A stretch of DNA of 64,000 nt from Thiothrix nivea (GTDB lineage Bacteria; Pseudomonadota; Gammaproteobacteria; Thiotrichales; Thiotrichaceae). The notes beneath the pieces were generated by a model. It did not search any database and was not told the DNA's origin. It saw only the letters and a program-made list of their open reading frames with translations. Numbering within the stretch: the stretch's first letter is position 1; the number at the start of each line of letters is the position of its first letter. The position numbers and the translations under genes are program-made. The stretch is from NCBI GenBank assembly GCA_002746895.1, contig PDRT01000047.1, forward strand, positions 760 through 64,759, written 5' to 3'. Positions 42,027 through 54,103 of the stretch are shown here, in pieces.

Positions 42027-42940
42027 TACAAACTTGTCTCCAGAATCCGTACCACCAGTTCACTGAAGCTCAGCCCGGCCTGCCGGGCGGCCTTGGGTAC
42101 CAGACTGTGGTTAGTCATCCCCGGATTGGTATTCACCTCAATCAGCCAGTTGCACCCCGCAGCATCACGCATCAGGTCAACCCGTCCCCAACCTTCACCA
42201 CCGACTACGGCAAAGGCCTGCACCGCCAGTTGCTGCATGGCCAGCTCATCACCAGCGGCCAGACCACAGGGACAGTGATACTGCGTGTTATCAGACAGAT
42301 ACTTGGCGGCATAATCGTAGATCTCGCCTTCCGGCTGAATGCGGATTGCAGGCAGCGCCTCACCGTCCAGAATCGAAACCGTGTATTCTTCACCCGTTAT
42401 CCATTGCTCAGCCATAACCACCGGATCAGACTGCAGTGCCAGCTCATACGCTACCGGTAACTGTTCAGCCTGTACCACCTTGCTGATTCCGACACTGGAA
42501 CCTTCGCGCACCGGCTTCACGGCCAGCGGTAAACCCAGTTCTGCCACTACGGCGGCAAAATCCGTATCCGTCCTCAGAATACGATACTCCGGTATCGGCA
42601 GACCGGCCCCACGCCAGATTCGCTTGGTCACCAGCTTATCCATGCACAGCGCAGAGGCCATCACGCCACAACCGGTATAAGGAATCCCCAGCAGCTCCAA
42701 GGCGCCCTGAATAACACCATCCTCACCCATGCGGCCATGCAGAATATTAAAGACCCGGTCATAACCACCATTCCGCAGCACGTCGATAATATCTTCACCG
42801 ACATCCACCCCATGTGCATCGACTCCGGCATCCCGCAAACCCTGTAAAACCGCCGCCCCGCTATTCAGTGACACCTCACGCTCGGCACTCAGCCCACCCA
42901 GCAGTACGGCAACCCGGCCAAAGCGACTCATATCACTCAT
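42026..42940 (-). CDS. ddl: D-alanine-D-alanine ligase
   Basis: [35 protein letters not shown]. Confidence 0.97.
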   Translation of the reverse strand: MSDMSRFGRVAVLLGGLSAEREVSLNSGAAVLQGLRDAGVDAHGVDVGEDIIDVLRNGGYDRVFNILHGRMGEDGVIQGALELLGIPYTGCGVMASALCMDKLVTKRIWRGAGLPIPEYRILRTDTDFAAVVAELGLPLAVKPVREGSSVGISKVVQAEQLPVAYELALQSDPVVMAEQWITGEEYTVSILDGEALPAIRIQPEGEIYDYAAKYLSDNTQYHCPCGLAAGDELAMQQLAVQAFAVVGGEGWGRVDLMRDAAGCNWLIEVNTNPGMTNHSLVPKAARQAGLSFSELVVRILETSL

Positions 42941-44370
42941 GCCGCACCTCCGGAAGTGACGGATAAGGCTTCCGGCAAACGGGCGGCCAGCGCACCGACA
43001 CTGCCAGCGCCCTGTGTCAGCACCACATCCCCATCCTGCAAAATATTGCGCAGCACAGCGGGCACATCTTCCACCTCAGGCACAAAAATCGGATCAACCT
43101 GACCTCTTACACGAATCGCCCGCGCCAGCGCACGCCCGTCAGCCCCGGCAACCGGCTGCTCACTGGCAGCATAAACCTCCATCAGCACCAGCACATCCAC
43201 CCCGGACAACACACGGGAAAAATCTTCAAACAAATCGCGGGTGCGGGTATAACGGTGCGGCTGAAAGACCTCTACCAGTCGCCGCCCCGGCCAGGCACTG
43301 CGTACAGCCTGCAGTGTTGCTTCCATTTCCGTCGGGTGATGACCATAATCATCCACCAGCAGTGCCTTACCACGACCAAAGTTCACCTCACCGTGCAGCT
43401 GAAAACGCCGCCCAATGCCCTCAAATTCCCGCAGTGCCTTAATAATGGCCTCATCACTGACATCCAGCTCTGATGCTACGGCAATCGCCGCCAGTGCGTT
43501 CAATACATTGTGCTCACCCGGCAGGTTCAGCGTTACATCCATCGTGCGACCATCACGGGCACACTCCAGACGGAAGTGGCTTTGTGAACCGTCATAACGC
43601 ACATGAGTCGCACGGATATCCGCAGGCTGCTCAATGCCGTAGGTGACAACCGACCGGTTCACATCATCCAGAATCGAACGGATATGCTCATCATCGACAC
43701 ACAGCACTGCCAGACCATAAAATGGCAGGTTATGCAAAAACTCAATAAATGTTGCCTTCAGCTTATTGAAGTCACCGTCATAAGTGGACAAATGATCCGC
43801 ATCGATATTGGTGACCACCGCCACCATCGGCTGCAGGTGCAGGAAGGAGGCATCACTTTCATCCGCCTCGGCCACCAGATATTCACCTTCACCGAGCTTG
43901 GAATTACGCGCTGAACTGATCAGCTTGCCGCCAATCACATAGGTCGGGTCCATGCCACCTTCGACCAGCAAACTGGTCGTCAAACTGGTCGTCGTTGTCT
44001 TGCCGTGCGTACCTGCTACCGCAATACCATGACGAAAACGCATCAGTTCCGCCAGCATTTCAGCCCGCTTAATAATCGGAATGCGTTGCTCACGGGCCGC
44101 CTGAATTTCCGGGTTTGTGGCATCAATCGCCGTTGACACCACAATGACATCCGCTCCGGCAATCTGCCCGGCCACATGCCCCTTGAATACGGTGACACCC
44201 TGTTCCTGCAAACGGCGGGTCATGGCATTTTCCGCAAGATCAGAACCGGTCACCGTATAGCCAAGGTGCGCCACCACTTCGGCAATCCCCCCCATACCGG
44301 CACCCCCGATGCCGATAAAATGCACCTGATTAATGCGTTTGCGGGCCAGATGATCGTTTCCTGCTTTCAT
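42937..44370 (-). CDS. murC: UDP-N-acetylmuramate-L-alanine ligase
   Basis: [35 protein letters not shown]. Confidence 0.98.
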   Translation of the reverse strand: MKAGNDHLARKRINQVHFIGIGGAGMGGIAEVVAHLGYTVTGSDLAENAMTRRLQEQGVTVFKGHVAGQIAGADVIVVSTAIDATNPEIQAAREQRIPIIKRAEMLAELMRFRHGIAVAGTHGKTTTTSLTTSLLVEGGMDPTYVIGGKLISSARNSKLGEGEYLVAEADESDASFLHLQPMVAVVTNIDADHLSTYDGDFNKLKATFIEFLHNLPFYGLAVLCVDDEHIRSILDDVNRSVVTYGIEQPADIRATHVRYDGSQSHFRLECARDGRTMDVTLNLPGEHNVLNALAAIAVASELDVSDEAIIKALREFEGIGRRFQLHGEVNFGRGKALLVDDYGHHPTEMEATLQAVRSAWPGRRLVEVFQPHRYTRTRDLFEDFSRVLSGVDVLVLMEVYAASEQPVAGADGRALARAIRVRGQVDPIFVPEVEDVPAVLRNILQDGDVVLTQGAGSVGALAARLPEALSVTSGGAA

Positions 44371-44372
44371 AA

Positions 44373-45482
44373 TTATTTTTGTTCCTCGTTAAAATCGTAT
44401 CCCGCATAGGCAGCACAAATCGCCGCCACCTGCAGTGTTGCATAGGGCTTTGCCAGTTTGCGGGCGGCCACCCCCATCTCCATCAGGCGGGAACGGTCAG
44501 CACACAACGCCTGTAACATGGCGGCCAGCTTTTCTGCACTCAGATCACGCTGCTGTACCAGCAGTGCCGCACCGTTATCTGCCAGATAGACGCCATTGGC
44601 GGTCTGATGATCATCCACCGCATAAGGATAAGGAATTAATATCGCTGCCAGACCTGCGGCTGCTACCTCGGCAACCGTCAAGGCTCCGGAGCGACAGATA
44701 ATCAAGTCGGCCCATCCATAGGCCTCAGCCATGTCCGTTATGAAATCGGTCACCTCAGCCGTGACGGCTGATTGTTTGTAATGTTCTTTCGCCTCGGTAA
44801 TATTCCGCGCACCGGCCTGATGACGCACCCGTGGCCGCTGAGCCTGCGGCAACATTGCCAGCGCCTGTGGCACCTTTTCGTTCAATGCGGCGGCTCCCAG
44901 ACTACCACCGATCACCAGCAGATGAATTTTCTCATCATCACGGCCAGCCAAACGCTCCACCGGTGACGGTAAATCCGCAATATCCGTGCGTACCGGATTA
45001 CCGGTTGCCACTACCTTTTCACTGGCGACAAAAGTCCCCGGAAAACCTTCCAAAACCCGCTGACTGACTGTTGACAGCCATTTATTCGTCAGACCAGGTA
45101 CTGCATTCTGTTCGTGAATCACCACCGGCTTGCCCAGCAATGCCGCCACCAGACCACCCGGCCCGGCGACAAAACCACCCATACCCAACACCGCCGCCGG
45201 TTTGTATTTCAGCATGATTCGAACGGACTGGAACAAGGCCACCAGCAACTTGAACGGGGCCAGTAACCGCGTTTTCCAGCCCTTGCCACGCAAACCGGTT
45301 ACCGTCAGCCAAACCATTTCAATACCCGCCTCGGGAACCACTCTGGCTTCCAGCCCGGCACGCGTCCCCATCCACATCACCGGAATGCCTTGCGCCTTCA
45401 GGGCACACGCCACCGCCAGCCCCGGATAAACATGACCACCGGTACCGCCTGCGGTAATCAGAATCGGACATCTAGCTGGCAT
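44373..45482 (-). CDS. murG: Lipid II GlcNAc transferase
   Basis: GGTGGH, HEQN, GNPVR, GGSLGA, DDHQTAN. Confidence 0.98.
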   Translation of the reverse strand: MPARCPILITAGGTGGHVYPGLAVACALKAQGIPVMWMGTRAGLEARVVPEAGIEMVWLTVTGLRGKGWKTRLLAPFKLLVALFQSVRIMLKYKPAAVLGMGGFVAGPGGLVAALLGKPVVIHEQNAVPGLTNKWLSTVSQRVLEGFPGTFVASEKVVATGNPVRTDIADLPSPVERLAGRDDEKIHLLVIGGSLGAAALNEKVPQALAMLPQAQRPRVRHQAGARNITEAKEHYKQSAVTAEVTDFITDMAEAYGWADLIICRSGALTVAEVAAAGLAAILIPYPYAVDDHQTANGVYLADNGAALLVQQRDLSAEKLAAMLQALCADRSRLMEMGVAARKLAKPYATLQVAAICAAYAGYDFNEEQK

Positions 45483-46686
45483 TGGCCGTCCTCCGCTTAA
45501 CGTTGATACCGGACTTTCGACGCTTTACGGCACGGGACGAGCCGAAAATACTCAGCCGGGTATCACGGTACACCCGCATCAGGAGAGCCATTGCCACCAG
45601 CGTCATCAACAGGCTACTGCCTCCATAACTCACCAGTGGCAAGGTCAGTCCTTTCGGTGGCAAAAGCGCCAGATTAACCCCGACATGCAGAATGACCTGA
45701 AAACCTAACCAGAAGCCAATGCCATAAGCGACATAAGCACCAAAGTGCTGCCCCTGTTTATCCGCCTGAAAGCCAATGGCAAAAGCACGGTAAACCAGCC
45801 AGCCGAACAGGGCCAGCACCACCAGCATACCCACAAAACCGAACTCTTCAGCCAATACCGCAAAAATAAAGTCGTTATGCGCTTCCGGCAGATAAAACAG
45901 TTTCTGCACCCCGGCTCCCAGCCCATTACCAAACCAGCCACCATCACCAATGGACATCAGCGCATGCACCATTTGATACCCCTTGCCGGTCTCATAAGCC
46001 CAGGGATTCAGGTAGGCTTCAATCCGCGCCCCGCGATACCCCATCATCGCCAGTGGAATCATCACCGCTACCGCACCGGCAAATAACAACCCGAGGCGCT
46101 TCATCGGCACACCGCCCAGAAACAACATGGCCAGACCCACGGTAATAATAATCACCGTGGAGCCAAAATCCGGCTCCAGCAGCAATAAACCACCCGTCAG
46201 ACCAAGCACCAGCAGCGGAATCAATAGTGGCCGGTAAGAAGGCGAAGTCGACAGTTTCTTGCCGTGTCGTACCAGATAGCCCGCCAGATACAGAACCATA
46301 ATCAGCTTTACGACTTCAGAAACCTGAATGGAAAAAGGCCCAAGACTCAACCAGCGACGTGCGCCCTTAACCTCAGTCCCTATGCCCGGAATCAGCACCA
46401 GACCTAATAACAACAACACAATTGGCAGTAACTTGACACCCAGACTTTGCCAGAAATTCAGCCGGATCTGATAAATCGCTACCGCCAGTACTGCCCCCAG
46501 TGCAATAAAAATCAGCTGCCGATACAAATAATAAAAGGCATTACCATACTGGCGATCCGCCACCCACAATGAGGCAGAAGCCAGCATCACAATACCGATC
46601 CCCAGCAAGGCCATTAACGCCAGCAACAAGTCACGGTCAATGTAACGCGACCAGTCAATACCTTCTAAACGATCAAACCACGTCAT
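45472..46686 (-). CDS. ftsW: SEDS peptidoglycan polymerase FtsW
   Basis: GARRW, EPDFG, LPEAHNDFIF, LPLVSYGGSS. Confidence 0.97.
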   Translation of the reverse strand: MTWFDRLEGIDWSRYIDRDLLLALMALLGIGIVMLASASLWVADRQYGNAFYYLYRQLIFIALGAVLAVAIYQIRLNFWQSLGVKLLPIVLLLLGLVLIPGIGTEVKGARRWLSLGPFSIQVSEVVKLIMVLYLAGYLVRHGKKLSTSPSYRPLLIPLLVLGLTGGLLLLEPDFGSTVIIITVGLAMLFLGGVPMKRLGLLFAGAVAVMIPLAMMGYRGARIEAYLNPWAYETGKGYQMVHALMSIGDGGWFGNGLGAGVQKLFYLPEAHNDFIFAVLAEEFGFVGMLVVLALFGWLVYRAFAIGFQADKQGQHFGAYVAYGIGFWLGFQVILHVGVNLALLPPKGLTLPLVSYGGSSLLMTLVAMALLMRVYRDTRLSIFGSSRAVKRRKSGINVKRRTANAS

Positions 46687-48047
46687 GCTGGCAAACTCCT
46701 GACGGCGGCGGCAAATACATCGCCCCGCTGCATATAATTAGCAAACATGTCAAAGCTGGCACACGCCGGTGATAACAGTACACTATCACCGGGCTGTGCC
46801 CACGCAGCAGCCGCCTGAACCGCAGCAGCCATTGAGTCGGCATGAGTCAATGGAATCCCCTCCGGCATAATGGCGGCCATCCGTTCCGCATCCTCACCAA
46901 TCAGCACCACCGCACGGACATAATCGGCAATCACTTTGGTAAGTGGCGAAAAATCAGCGCCTTTACCCTGACCACCGGCAATCAACACCGCCTTCCCCGC
47001 AAATCCCTGTAATGCCGCCACCGTTGCACCCACATTGGTCGCCTTGGAATCATTAAACCAGTCTACGCCATTGAGGTTGCGCACCCACTCTGTGCGATGC
47101 GGCAAGCCGGAAAATTTACGAATCGCTGTCAACATTGCGGTTTCAGGCAAACCGGCAGCTTCACCCAGTGCCAGTGCCGCCAGAGCGTTTGTGATGTTGT
47201 GTTCACCGGGCAGACGTATTTCACTAACCGGCATCAGCACATGCCCCCCTTTGGCCAGATACCGCTGGCTGCCCTGCTCCAGAACGCCAAACTCACCTTC
47301 AGCCGGTTCACCCGAACCAAAGGTGGCTGCTGTGGCTGTTAGACCTGCGGCAGAAGATGCCAGCTGATCCGCCATTTGCATCACCATCGCATCATCACGG
47401 TTGAAGACCGGATTTTCACACTGCTGATAAATCCTGGCCTTAGCAGCCGCATAGTCCGCAAGACTGTCATAACGATCAAGGTGATCCTCACTGACATTCA
47501 GCACCACCGCAGACACGGTCTTTAGTGAGTGCGTGGTTTCCAGCTGAAAACTGGATAACTCCATGACATACCAATCCGGTACCGGTTCTGTCAGCGTATC
47601 CATCACGAAACGACCGATATTACCAATCGCATAGCAGCGCAACCCGGCTTCATGCACCATTAATTCAAACAGTTTGGTGACGCTACTTTTACCATTGGAG
47701 CCGGTAATCGCAACCACCGGCGCTTGTGCTTCGCGGACAAACAGCTCGACATCACCGACAATTTCTGCACCCCTCTGTTGCGCAGCCTTAATCTGCGGCG
47801 TGCTGACAGCGACTCCCGGACTCACCACCAAACACTTCGCCGGTGCAAAAAAAGCATCATTAAAGCCGCCGAAATCACAGGGCACTTCGGGAAATTCACG
47901 CTGCAAGGCTGCCATCCCCGGTGGCTGCTCACGGCTGTCGGTCACAGCAAAAGCGATGCCCTTCCGCCCCAGGTGCCTGGCCACAGAAAGCCCGGTCGGC
48001 CCCAGACCGACAATCAGCACTTCCTTATGGTGAGTGACAGCTATCAT
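46683..48047 (-). CDS. murD: UDP-MurNAc-L-Ala-D-glutamate ligase
   Basis: VVSPGV, TGSNGKS, ELSSFQLE, DSKATN, SPACASFD. Confidence 0.98.
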   Translation of the reverse strand: MIAVTHHKEVLIVGLGPTGLSVARHLGRKGIAFAVTDSREQPPGMAALQREFPEVPCDFGGFNDAFFAPAKCLVVSPGVAVSTPQIKAAQQRGAEIVGDVELFVREAQAPVVAITGSNGKSSVTKLFELMVHEAGLRCYAIGNIGRFVMDTLTEPVPDWYVMELSSFQLETTHSLKTVSAVVLNVSEDHLDRYDSLADYAAAKARIYQQCENPVFNRDDAMVMQMADQLASSAAGLTATAATFGSGEPAEGEFGVLEQGSQRYLAKGGHVLMPVSEIRLPGEHNITNALAALALGEAAGLPETAMLTAIRKFSGLPHRTEWVRNLNGVDWFNDSKATNVGATVAALQGFAGKAVLIAGGQGKGADFSPLTKVIADYVRAVVLIGEDAERMAAIMPEGIPLTHADSMAAAVQAAAAWAQPGDSVLLSPACASFDMFANYMQRGDVFAAAVRSLPA

Positions 48048-48052
48048 ATGTC

Positions 48053-49138
48053 TTATCGTACCTTCAAGGTTGCCAAACCAACCATCACCAGCACCACGGT
48101 AATGATCCAGAAACGTACAATGACCTTTGGCTCCGGCCAGCCTTTCTTTTCATAGTGGTGATGCAATGGGGCCATGTGGAAAATACGCTTGCCACCAGTA
48201 GCCTTGAAATAACCGACCTGCAAAATAACCGACAGGGTCTCCAGCACAAACACCCCGCCCATAATCGCCAGGACAATTTCCTGCCGCACCACCACGGCAA
48301 CAATGCCGAGTGCTGCGCCCAATGCCAACGCTCCGACATCACCCATAAACACCTGTGCCGGATAAGTGTTAAACCAGAGAAAGCCCAGACCAGCACCGAA
48401 AATAGCGCCACAAAAAACGATTACCTCACCGGCACCGGACACTTTCGGTACACTCAGATAATCCGCAATCACCGCATGACCGCTGACATAGGCAAATACC
48501 CCCAGACCACCGGCAACCAGAATCGTCGGCATAATGGCCAGGCCATCCAGACCATCAGTCAGATTCACCGCATTACCGGCTCCAACAATCACCAGATAGA
48601 CCCAAGGGATGAATAACCAGCCCAGATCGAAATGTGCTTCTTTAATCACCGGCAAATACAGTGTAGTTTCGGTCGCCGACGGCGCAGTCCAGAACAGATA
48701 AATCGCAGCGACAAGGCCCACCAGACTTAAACCGATGTATTTCTGTCGCGCCGTCAGGCCCAGATTCTGTTGCCGTTTCAGCTTCAGATAATCATCCAGC
48801 CCTCCCACCAGACCAAAACCGGCGGTAACACCCAGCACCACCCAGGAATAATGATTGGTCAGATCCGCCCACAATAATGTCGAGACAACAATTGCCAACA
48901 GGATCAACACCCCGCCCATCGTCGGTGTTCCGGCCTTCACCTTGTGGGTTTGCGGCCCTTCTTCGCGGATGTATTGACCGATTTTCAGCTGCGTCAGCAT
49001 GCGAATCATCCCCGGCCCGAACCAGAGCGCGATCATCAGTGCGGTCAAAACCCCCAGAATGGCACGCAGGGTCAGGTACTGGAATACATTAAAGCCACTG
49101 TAAAACTGACTGAGAAAATCAAACAGCAGGACTAGCAT
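48053..49138 (-). CDS. mraY: Phospho-MurNAc-pentapeptide transferase
   Basis: [31 protein letters not shown]. Confidence 0.98.
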   Translation of the reverse strand: MLVLLFDFLSQFYSGFNVFQYLTLRAILGVLTALMIALWFGPGMIRMLTQLKIGQYIREEGPQTHKVKAGTPTMGGVLILLAIVVSTLLWADLTNHYSWVVLGVTAGFGLVGGLDDYLKLKRQQNLGLTARQKYIGLSLVGLVAAIYLFWTAPSATETTLYLPVIKEAHFDLGWLFIPWVYLVIVGAGNAVNLTDGLDGLAIMPTILVAGGLGVFAYVSGHAVIADYLSVPKVSGAGEVIVFCGAIFGAGLGFLWFNTYPAQVFMGDVGALALGAALGIVAVVVRQEIVLAIMGGVFVLETLSVILQVGYFKATGGKRIFHMAPLHHHYEKKGWPEPKVIVRFWIITVVLVMVGLATLKVR

Positions 49139-50514
49139 GAACTGCCCTCCTGCTGCTGACCGGCAGCACCGCTTAATGCCTGCACCACCCGTTCCATACG
49201 CGCACTGCGGGAACCTTTAACCAGCACACTGTTGTGTTCATTCAGCTGCAACGTATTCAATGCCCCCAGCAGCTCATCCATATCACGACAGGCCACCGCC
49301 CCCGCACCAAAAGCATCACAGGCCGCCATGCTCAGCTCCCCGACTCCGTAAACAGCATCAATGCCCAACTGTGCTGCTTCCCTGCCAACCCAGGCATGCA
49401 TTTCCAGGCCATCTATCCCTAACTCGCCCATGTCACCCAGTACCAGCAGTTTTTTTCCGGGTTGTTGTGCCAATACCTGTAATGCGGCCAGTGCTGATGC
49501 CGGATTGGCATTGTAGGTATCATCAATAATCAGTTCCCCACCAGCCCCGCGCAACGGGCACAAACGCCCCGGCACCGGCTGCAACTTTTCCAGCCCACGT
49601 TTAATCGCATCCGGGCTAATACCCAGCGCCAAAGCGACTGCACTGGCCGCCAGCGCATTCATGGCATTGTGCTGTCCCAACAGAGGCAGAATAACGGCAA
49701 AGTCCTGCCCGTCATAATGGATTTGCAAGGAGCCATCGCCCGGCCAGACACCTCGTACCCCGGCAGCCTCACCGAAACCAAACGTGATAACCTTGCGTTG
49801 TGTATTCAGCTCACGCCAGTACTCGGCATAGTCATCATCGGCATTGATAATCGCCACCCCGTCAGCACTTAAACCGGAGAAAATCTCGCCCTTGGCACGG
49901 GCGACACCGGCAATGCTGCCAAAACCCTCCAGGTGTGCTGCACCGGCATTATTCAGCACCGCCACATCCGGCCTGACAATATTAGTCAGGTAGTCAATTT
50001 CACCGAAATGGTTTGCCCCCATTTCAATGACTGCGTACTTATGTTGATCAGGACGTAATTCATACAAGGTCAGCGGCACACCAATGTCATTATTCAGATT
50101 ACCCCGGGTGGCATGGGTAGCCCCACACTCCGACAGAATGGCGGTAATCATTTCCTTCAGGGTGGTTTTACCATTACTGCCAGTCAGTGCAATGACCGGC
50201 TGGCTGAAGCAGTTACGCCACGCCGCCGCCAACTGCCCCATCGCAGCCCGCACATTACTCACCACCACCTGCGGAATCGCTGCCTCCACCGGATAAGCGA
50301 CTAACACTGCACTGGCCCGGCCAACCACCTGTGGCACAAATGTATGGGCATCAAAATGCTCACCCTGTAAGGCCGGAAACAGATCACCAGCCGTTACCTT
50401 GCGTGAATCCCGTTCGACACGCTCAATCTGCAACTGAGCAGCTTGCTGCTGATCAATACCGTACAGACTGCCGCCACACAGATCAGCCAGTTCAAACAGT
50501 GTCAGCCAGGTCAT
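49132..50514 (-). CDS. murF: UDP-MurNAc-tripeptide D-Ala-D-Ala ligase
   Basis: [34 protein letters not shown]. Confidence 0.98.
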   Translation of the reverse strand: MTWLTLFELADLCGGSLYGIDQQQAAQLQIERVERDSRKVTAGDLFPALQGEHFDAHTFVPQVVGRASAVLVAYPVEAAIPQVVVSNVRAAMGQLAAAWRNCFSQPVIALTGSNGKTTLKEMITAILSECGATHATRGNLNNDIGVPLTLYELRPDQHKYAVIEMGANHFGEIDYLTNIVRPDVAVLNNAGAAHLEGFGSIAGVARAKGEIFSGLSADGVAIINADDDYAEYWRELNTQRKVITFGFGEAAGVRGVWPGDGSLQIHYDGQDFAVILPLLGQHNAMNALAASAVALALGISPDAIKRGLEKLQPVPGRLCPLRGAGGELIIDDTYNANPASALAALQVLAQQPGKKLLVLGDMGELGIDGLEMHAWVGREAAQLGIDAVYGVGELSMAACDAFGAGAVACRDMDELLGALNTLQLNEHNSVLVKGSRSARMERVVQALSGAAGQQQEGSSC

Positions 50515-52007
50515 GCGGCACCCTCCTGCAACGCCATCAACGCCTGTTCCCGGTCATCAAAAGCAAGGGTTTGCTGTGCTACGAGCTGCACCGTTTCATG
50601 CCCCTTACCGGCAATCAGTACAACATCGCCACTTTGCGCCGAGCGAATGGCATTACGAATCGCCAGCGCACGGTCATGCTCAAAGGTGACGCGTTCGGGC
50701 TGCTCAAATCCGTTACGAATATCGGCAAAAATCTGTGCAGGCGACTCCGCACGTGGATTATCGTCAGTGACGATTACCACATCCGCCCGTTGCTCTGCCG
50801 CAGCAGCCATTAAGGGCCGCTTTCCGGCATCGCGATCACCCCCACAGCCAAAAACACAAATCAGGCGTTTTGTTGTATGTACCTGCAACGCCTGTAATAC
50901 GGAGTGTAAAGCACCCGGCGTGTGCGCATAATCCACAACGACCAGCACATCATCCTGTTGACCACCGGCATACACCCGCTCCATACGCCCCGGTACGGTT
51001 TGAACCTTTCCGATAGCGCTCAATGCAGCAGCAAGCCCAACGCCCCGTACCAGCAAAACAGTCAGAGCCGCCAACAAATTTTCCAGGTTGAAGCGCCCCA
51101 GCACCCCGGCTTTTAACTCACCCTCCCCCCAGGGCGAAGTAATGTGCGCTGTAATACCCTGATGACTGAAATCCAGCTCACTGGCGACCACGGTTTTTTC
51201 TGGATAATCAGCCGCCTCACCGATACCATAGCCAACTACCTGACAGGTGTTATCTTGCAGTTCTGTTGCCAGCGACCGGCCAAATTCATCATCCAGATTC
51301 AGTACGGCGTAACCCAGATCGTCCCGGTGAAACAGCTGCCGCTTTGCTGCTGCATAAGCTGCCACTGAGCCATGATAGTCCAGGTGATCACGGGTCAGAT
51401 TGGTCAGCACAGCGACATCAAACCGGACGGCATTCACCCGCTGCTGATCCAGCGCATGAGACGACACTTCCATCGCTACACTGTCAAAACCCAGCTCAGC
51501 CAGTTCACGCAGACGACCATGTACCTGAATCGCATCGGGGGTCGTATGAGTGCTGGTTTCCAGCGCCCCCGGACTGCCGGAGCCAATGGTGCCGAGTACC
51601 GCAGCCTGCTGCCCCAACGCATTGAATGCTTCGGCAACAAAATGGGTGACTGAGGTCTTGCCATCGGTTCCGGTCACACCGGTAATAAATAACGATTGCG
51701 ATGGCTGTTGGTAAAAATGATCGGCTATGCCACCCAGCAAGCCTGACAGACCGGGAACGGCGATAGCCGGAACGGTCAGTGCCGACAATTCAGCCGGGCC
51801 AACACCTTGCGGTTCGTACAATACGGCAACAGCACCCACCTGCTCAGCAGCCTGGGCAAACCGTATGCCATGCTGCTGTGTGCCCTGCAGGGCGATAAAA
51901 ACCATTCCCGGCTTAATCTGACGGTTATCCAGTGCCAAACCGGATACCTGCAGTGCTGCGACGGTATCCGGCAAATCCTGTTGTAAAAGATGGTCGAGCC
52001 TGATCAT
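50511..52007 (-). CDS. murE: UDP-MurNAc-dipeptide meso-DAP ligase
   Basis: TGTDGKTS, MEVSSH, DYAHTP, DDNPR (DAP specificity), AGKGHE. Confidence 0.98.
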   Translation of the reverse strand: MIRLDHLLQQDLPDTVAALQVSGLALDNRQIKPGMVFIALQGTQQHGIRFAQAAEQVGAVAVLYEPQGVGPAELSALTVPAIAVPGLSGLLGGIADHFYQQPSQSLFITGVTGTDGKTSVTHFVAEAFNALGQQAAVLGTIGSGSPGALETSTHTTPDAIQVHGRLRELAELGFDSVAMEVSSHALDQQRVNAVRFDVAVLTNLTRDHLDYHGSVAAYAAAKRQLFHRDDLGYAVLNLDDEFGRSLATELQDNTCQVVGYGIGEAADYPEKTVVASELDFSHQGITAHITSPWGEGELKAGVLGRFNLENLLAALTVLLVRGVGLAAALSAIGKVQTVPGRMERVYAGGQQDDVLVVVDYAHTPGALHSVLQALQVHTTKRLICVFGCGGDRDAGKRPLMAAAAEQRADVVIVTDDNPRAESPAQIFADIRNGFEQPERVTFEHDRALAIRNAIRSAQSGDVVLIAGKGHETVQLVAQQTLAFDDREQALMALQEGAA

Positions 52008-53833
52008 GTCGAACCACCGTTTGCCATAGCTGTTTCTGCCTGTTGCATATCCGGCAGATTGTCCGGCGGAATATCCAGCAAGCGCAGTGACTCGGACATC
52101 ACTTTGGAAAACACCGGCGCGGCGGCACGACCACCACTACCATCTGATTTTGGCTCATCAATCTGCACAGCCACCACCAGGCGTGGGCGACTGGCAGGGG
52201 CAATACCGATAAAACTGGTTAGATACTTGTCCTTACGGTACTTGCCATTGATGTATTTATAAGCAGTTCCGGTCTTGCCGGCGACCCGGTAGCCATCGAC
52301 CCTTGCCCGTTTACCAGTACCATTTAACTGCACCACTGACTCCATCATGTGCAGAACCGCCTGGGCGGTTTCCGGCTGCATTACCTGCTGTGCGGGTACC
52401 GGCTCATGACGCTTGTAAATGGTCACCGGCATCAGCTTACCCTCGGCGGCAAATGGTGCATAGGCATGGGTCAGCTGCAACAAGCTGGCGGACAGCCCAT
52501 AGCCATAACCTCTGGAGGCACGATCGACTTCACCCCAGTCACTGTAATTGCCCAGCTCACCACTGGTTTCTCCGGACAAACCGGCATCCGGCACCTTGCC
52601 GAACCCCACCCGGTTTAAAAACATCCAGTGATCGCGGGGATTCATCAGCAGTGCAATGCGGCTGGCCCCAACATTACTCGACTTCGCCAGCAGCTTGTCC
52701 AGCGTCATTGCACCATAATTGCCGGGATCACGAATGGTATATTTGCCGAAACTCAGGTATCCCGGCGCGGTATCAATTTCCACATTTGCACCGATCACTC
52801 TGGCCTCCAGTGCCGCCGCAATGGTCAATGGCTTGAGTGTGGAACCCGGTTCAAACTTGTCGGTCACTGCCCGGTTACGATAACGATAAGCCTCCAGGCG
52901 CTTGCGGTTATTGGGGTTAAATGATGGCAGATTCGCCATCGCCAGAATTTCGCCACTGCGTGCATCCAGCACCACCAGCGACCCGGCCTGGGCTTTCAGC
53001 TTATACACCTGGGTTTTCAGTGCCTTATAGGCCATGTACTGAATACGCTGATCAATACTTAACTGTGCAGGCTGCCCCGGCACCATATCTTCAATGCTTT
53101 CAATATTCTCGACCACCCGGCGGCGACCATCCAGTACCACACGTTTTTTACCATTATGCCCGGCCAGATGGTCATTTATTGCCTTTTCGACCCCTTCCAG
53201 ACCAACACCATCAATATCCGTCATGCCCACCACATGACCGGCAGTTTCCGCTAACGGGTAAAAACGCCGGTACTCCGCAGTACTGGCCACACCGGGCAAT
53301 TCCAGTTCCAGAATACTGTCTGCCAGTTCGGGGGGTAGATGTCGCCCCAGATAAAAAAACTGCTTGTCTCCGGCCTTTTCAAGCCTGTCCAACAGCTCAC
53401 CCGCTTCCAGATCCAGTACGGCTTCAATCTGACTCAGGCCCTCATCCAGCCGGGCAAACCGCACGCCCGCAACCTGGGCCTTTACGGCGGCACGTTCATC
53501 ATCGGTGCCTGCCGCCTGTATTTGCGCTACGTCGTAATCATCACGCAACGCTTTATAAGTGGTTAATAACTTTTTCGGATTACACCATAATGACTCAACC
53601 GGAGAACTCACGGCCACCGGCTCACCATTACGGTCAGTAATTATGCCGCGATATGCCGGTACTGTTATCACACGCGTCTGACGCTGATCAGCTTTGGTCT
53701 GTAACATTTCCTGCTGATAAACCTCCAGCCAGACAGCACGCAAAATCAGCGCACCAATCACAAGGATCAGTGCCAACATCAGGAAAAGACGTCTTCCCTG
53801 AAAAAGAGGTGATACGGTTTTACGGCGACTCAT
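52004..53833 (-). CDS. ftsI: Penicillin-binding protein 3 (FtsI)
   Basis: RGIITDRNG, STLK (SxxK), SSN, KTG. Confidence 0.97.
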   Translation of the reverse strand: MSRRKTVSPLFQGRRLFLMLALILVIGALILRAVWLEVYQQEMLQTKADQRQTRVITVPAYRGIITDRNGEPVAVSSPVESLWCNPKKLLTTYKALRDDYDVAQIQAAGTDDERAAVKAQVAGVRFARLDEGLSQIEAVLDLEAGELLDRLEKAGDKQFFYLGRHLPPELADSILELELPGVASTAEYRRFYPLAETAGHVVGMTDIDGVGLEGVEKAINDHLAGHNGKKRVVLDGRRRVVENIESIEDMVPGQPAQLSIDQRIQYMAYKALKTQVYKLKAQAGSLVVLDARSGEILAMANLPSFNPNNRKRLEAYRYRNRAVTDKFEPGSTLKPLTIAAALEARVIGANVEIDTAPGYLSFGKYTIRDPGNYGAMTLDKLLAKSSNVGASRIALLMNPRDHWMFLNRVGFGKVPDAGLSGETSGELGNYSDWGEVDRASRGYGYGLSASLLQLTHAYAPFAAEGKLMPVTIYKRHEPVPAQQVMQPETAQAVLHMMESVVQLNGTGKRARVDGYRVAGKTGTAYKYINGKYRKDKYLTSFIGIAPASRPRLVVAVQIDEPKSDGSGGRAAAPVFSKVMSESLRLLDIPPDNLPDMQQAETAMANGGST

Positions 53834-54102
53834 TCTCTGATAATCCTGATTTTTTCGGGGGCCGGTTTCTGCATACCTAATTCACGTTTGGCTTGACGCT
53901 CGACATAAACCTGGTTTAAACGCGTACTGCGTTCCAGGGTCAGGCGACTCCAGCTGGCGTTTAATTCATCCCGCTCTCTTTCCAGCCGCTGATAATCAAC
54001 AAATAACTGACGCGCATGATGCCGGTTCACAACCACCATCACAGCCAGCGTGACCACTAACACATACAGCGCAATGATTCCGCCAAGACGCCAGTGACTC
54101 AT
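53830..54102 (-). CDS. ftsL: Cell division protein FtsL
   Basis: TM helix plus leucine-zipper-like region (RQLF..W.RL.LE). Lies between rsmH and ftsI. Start uncertain. Confidence 0.88.
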   Translation of the reverse strand: MSHWRLGGIIALYVLVVTLAVMVVVNRHHARQLFVDYQRLERERDELNASWSRLTLERSTRLNQVYVERQAKRELGMQKPAPEKIRIIRE

Positions 54103-54103
54103 G

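Noticed and set aside
42026-44370. Absence of murB between murC and ddl
   Set aside because: Common in gammaproteobacterial dcw clusters such as E. coli.
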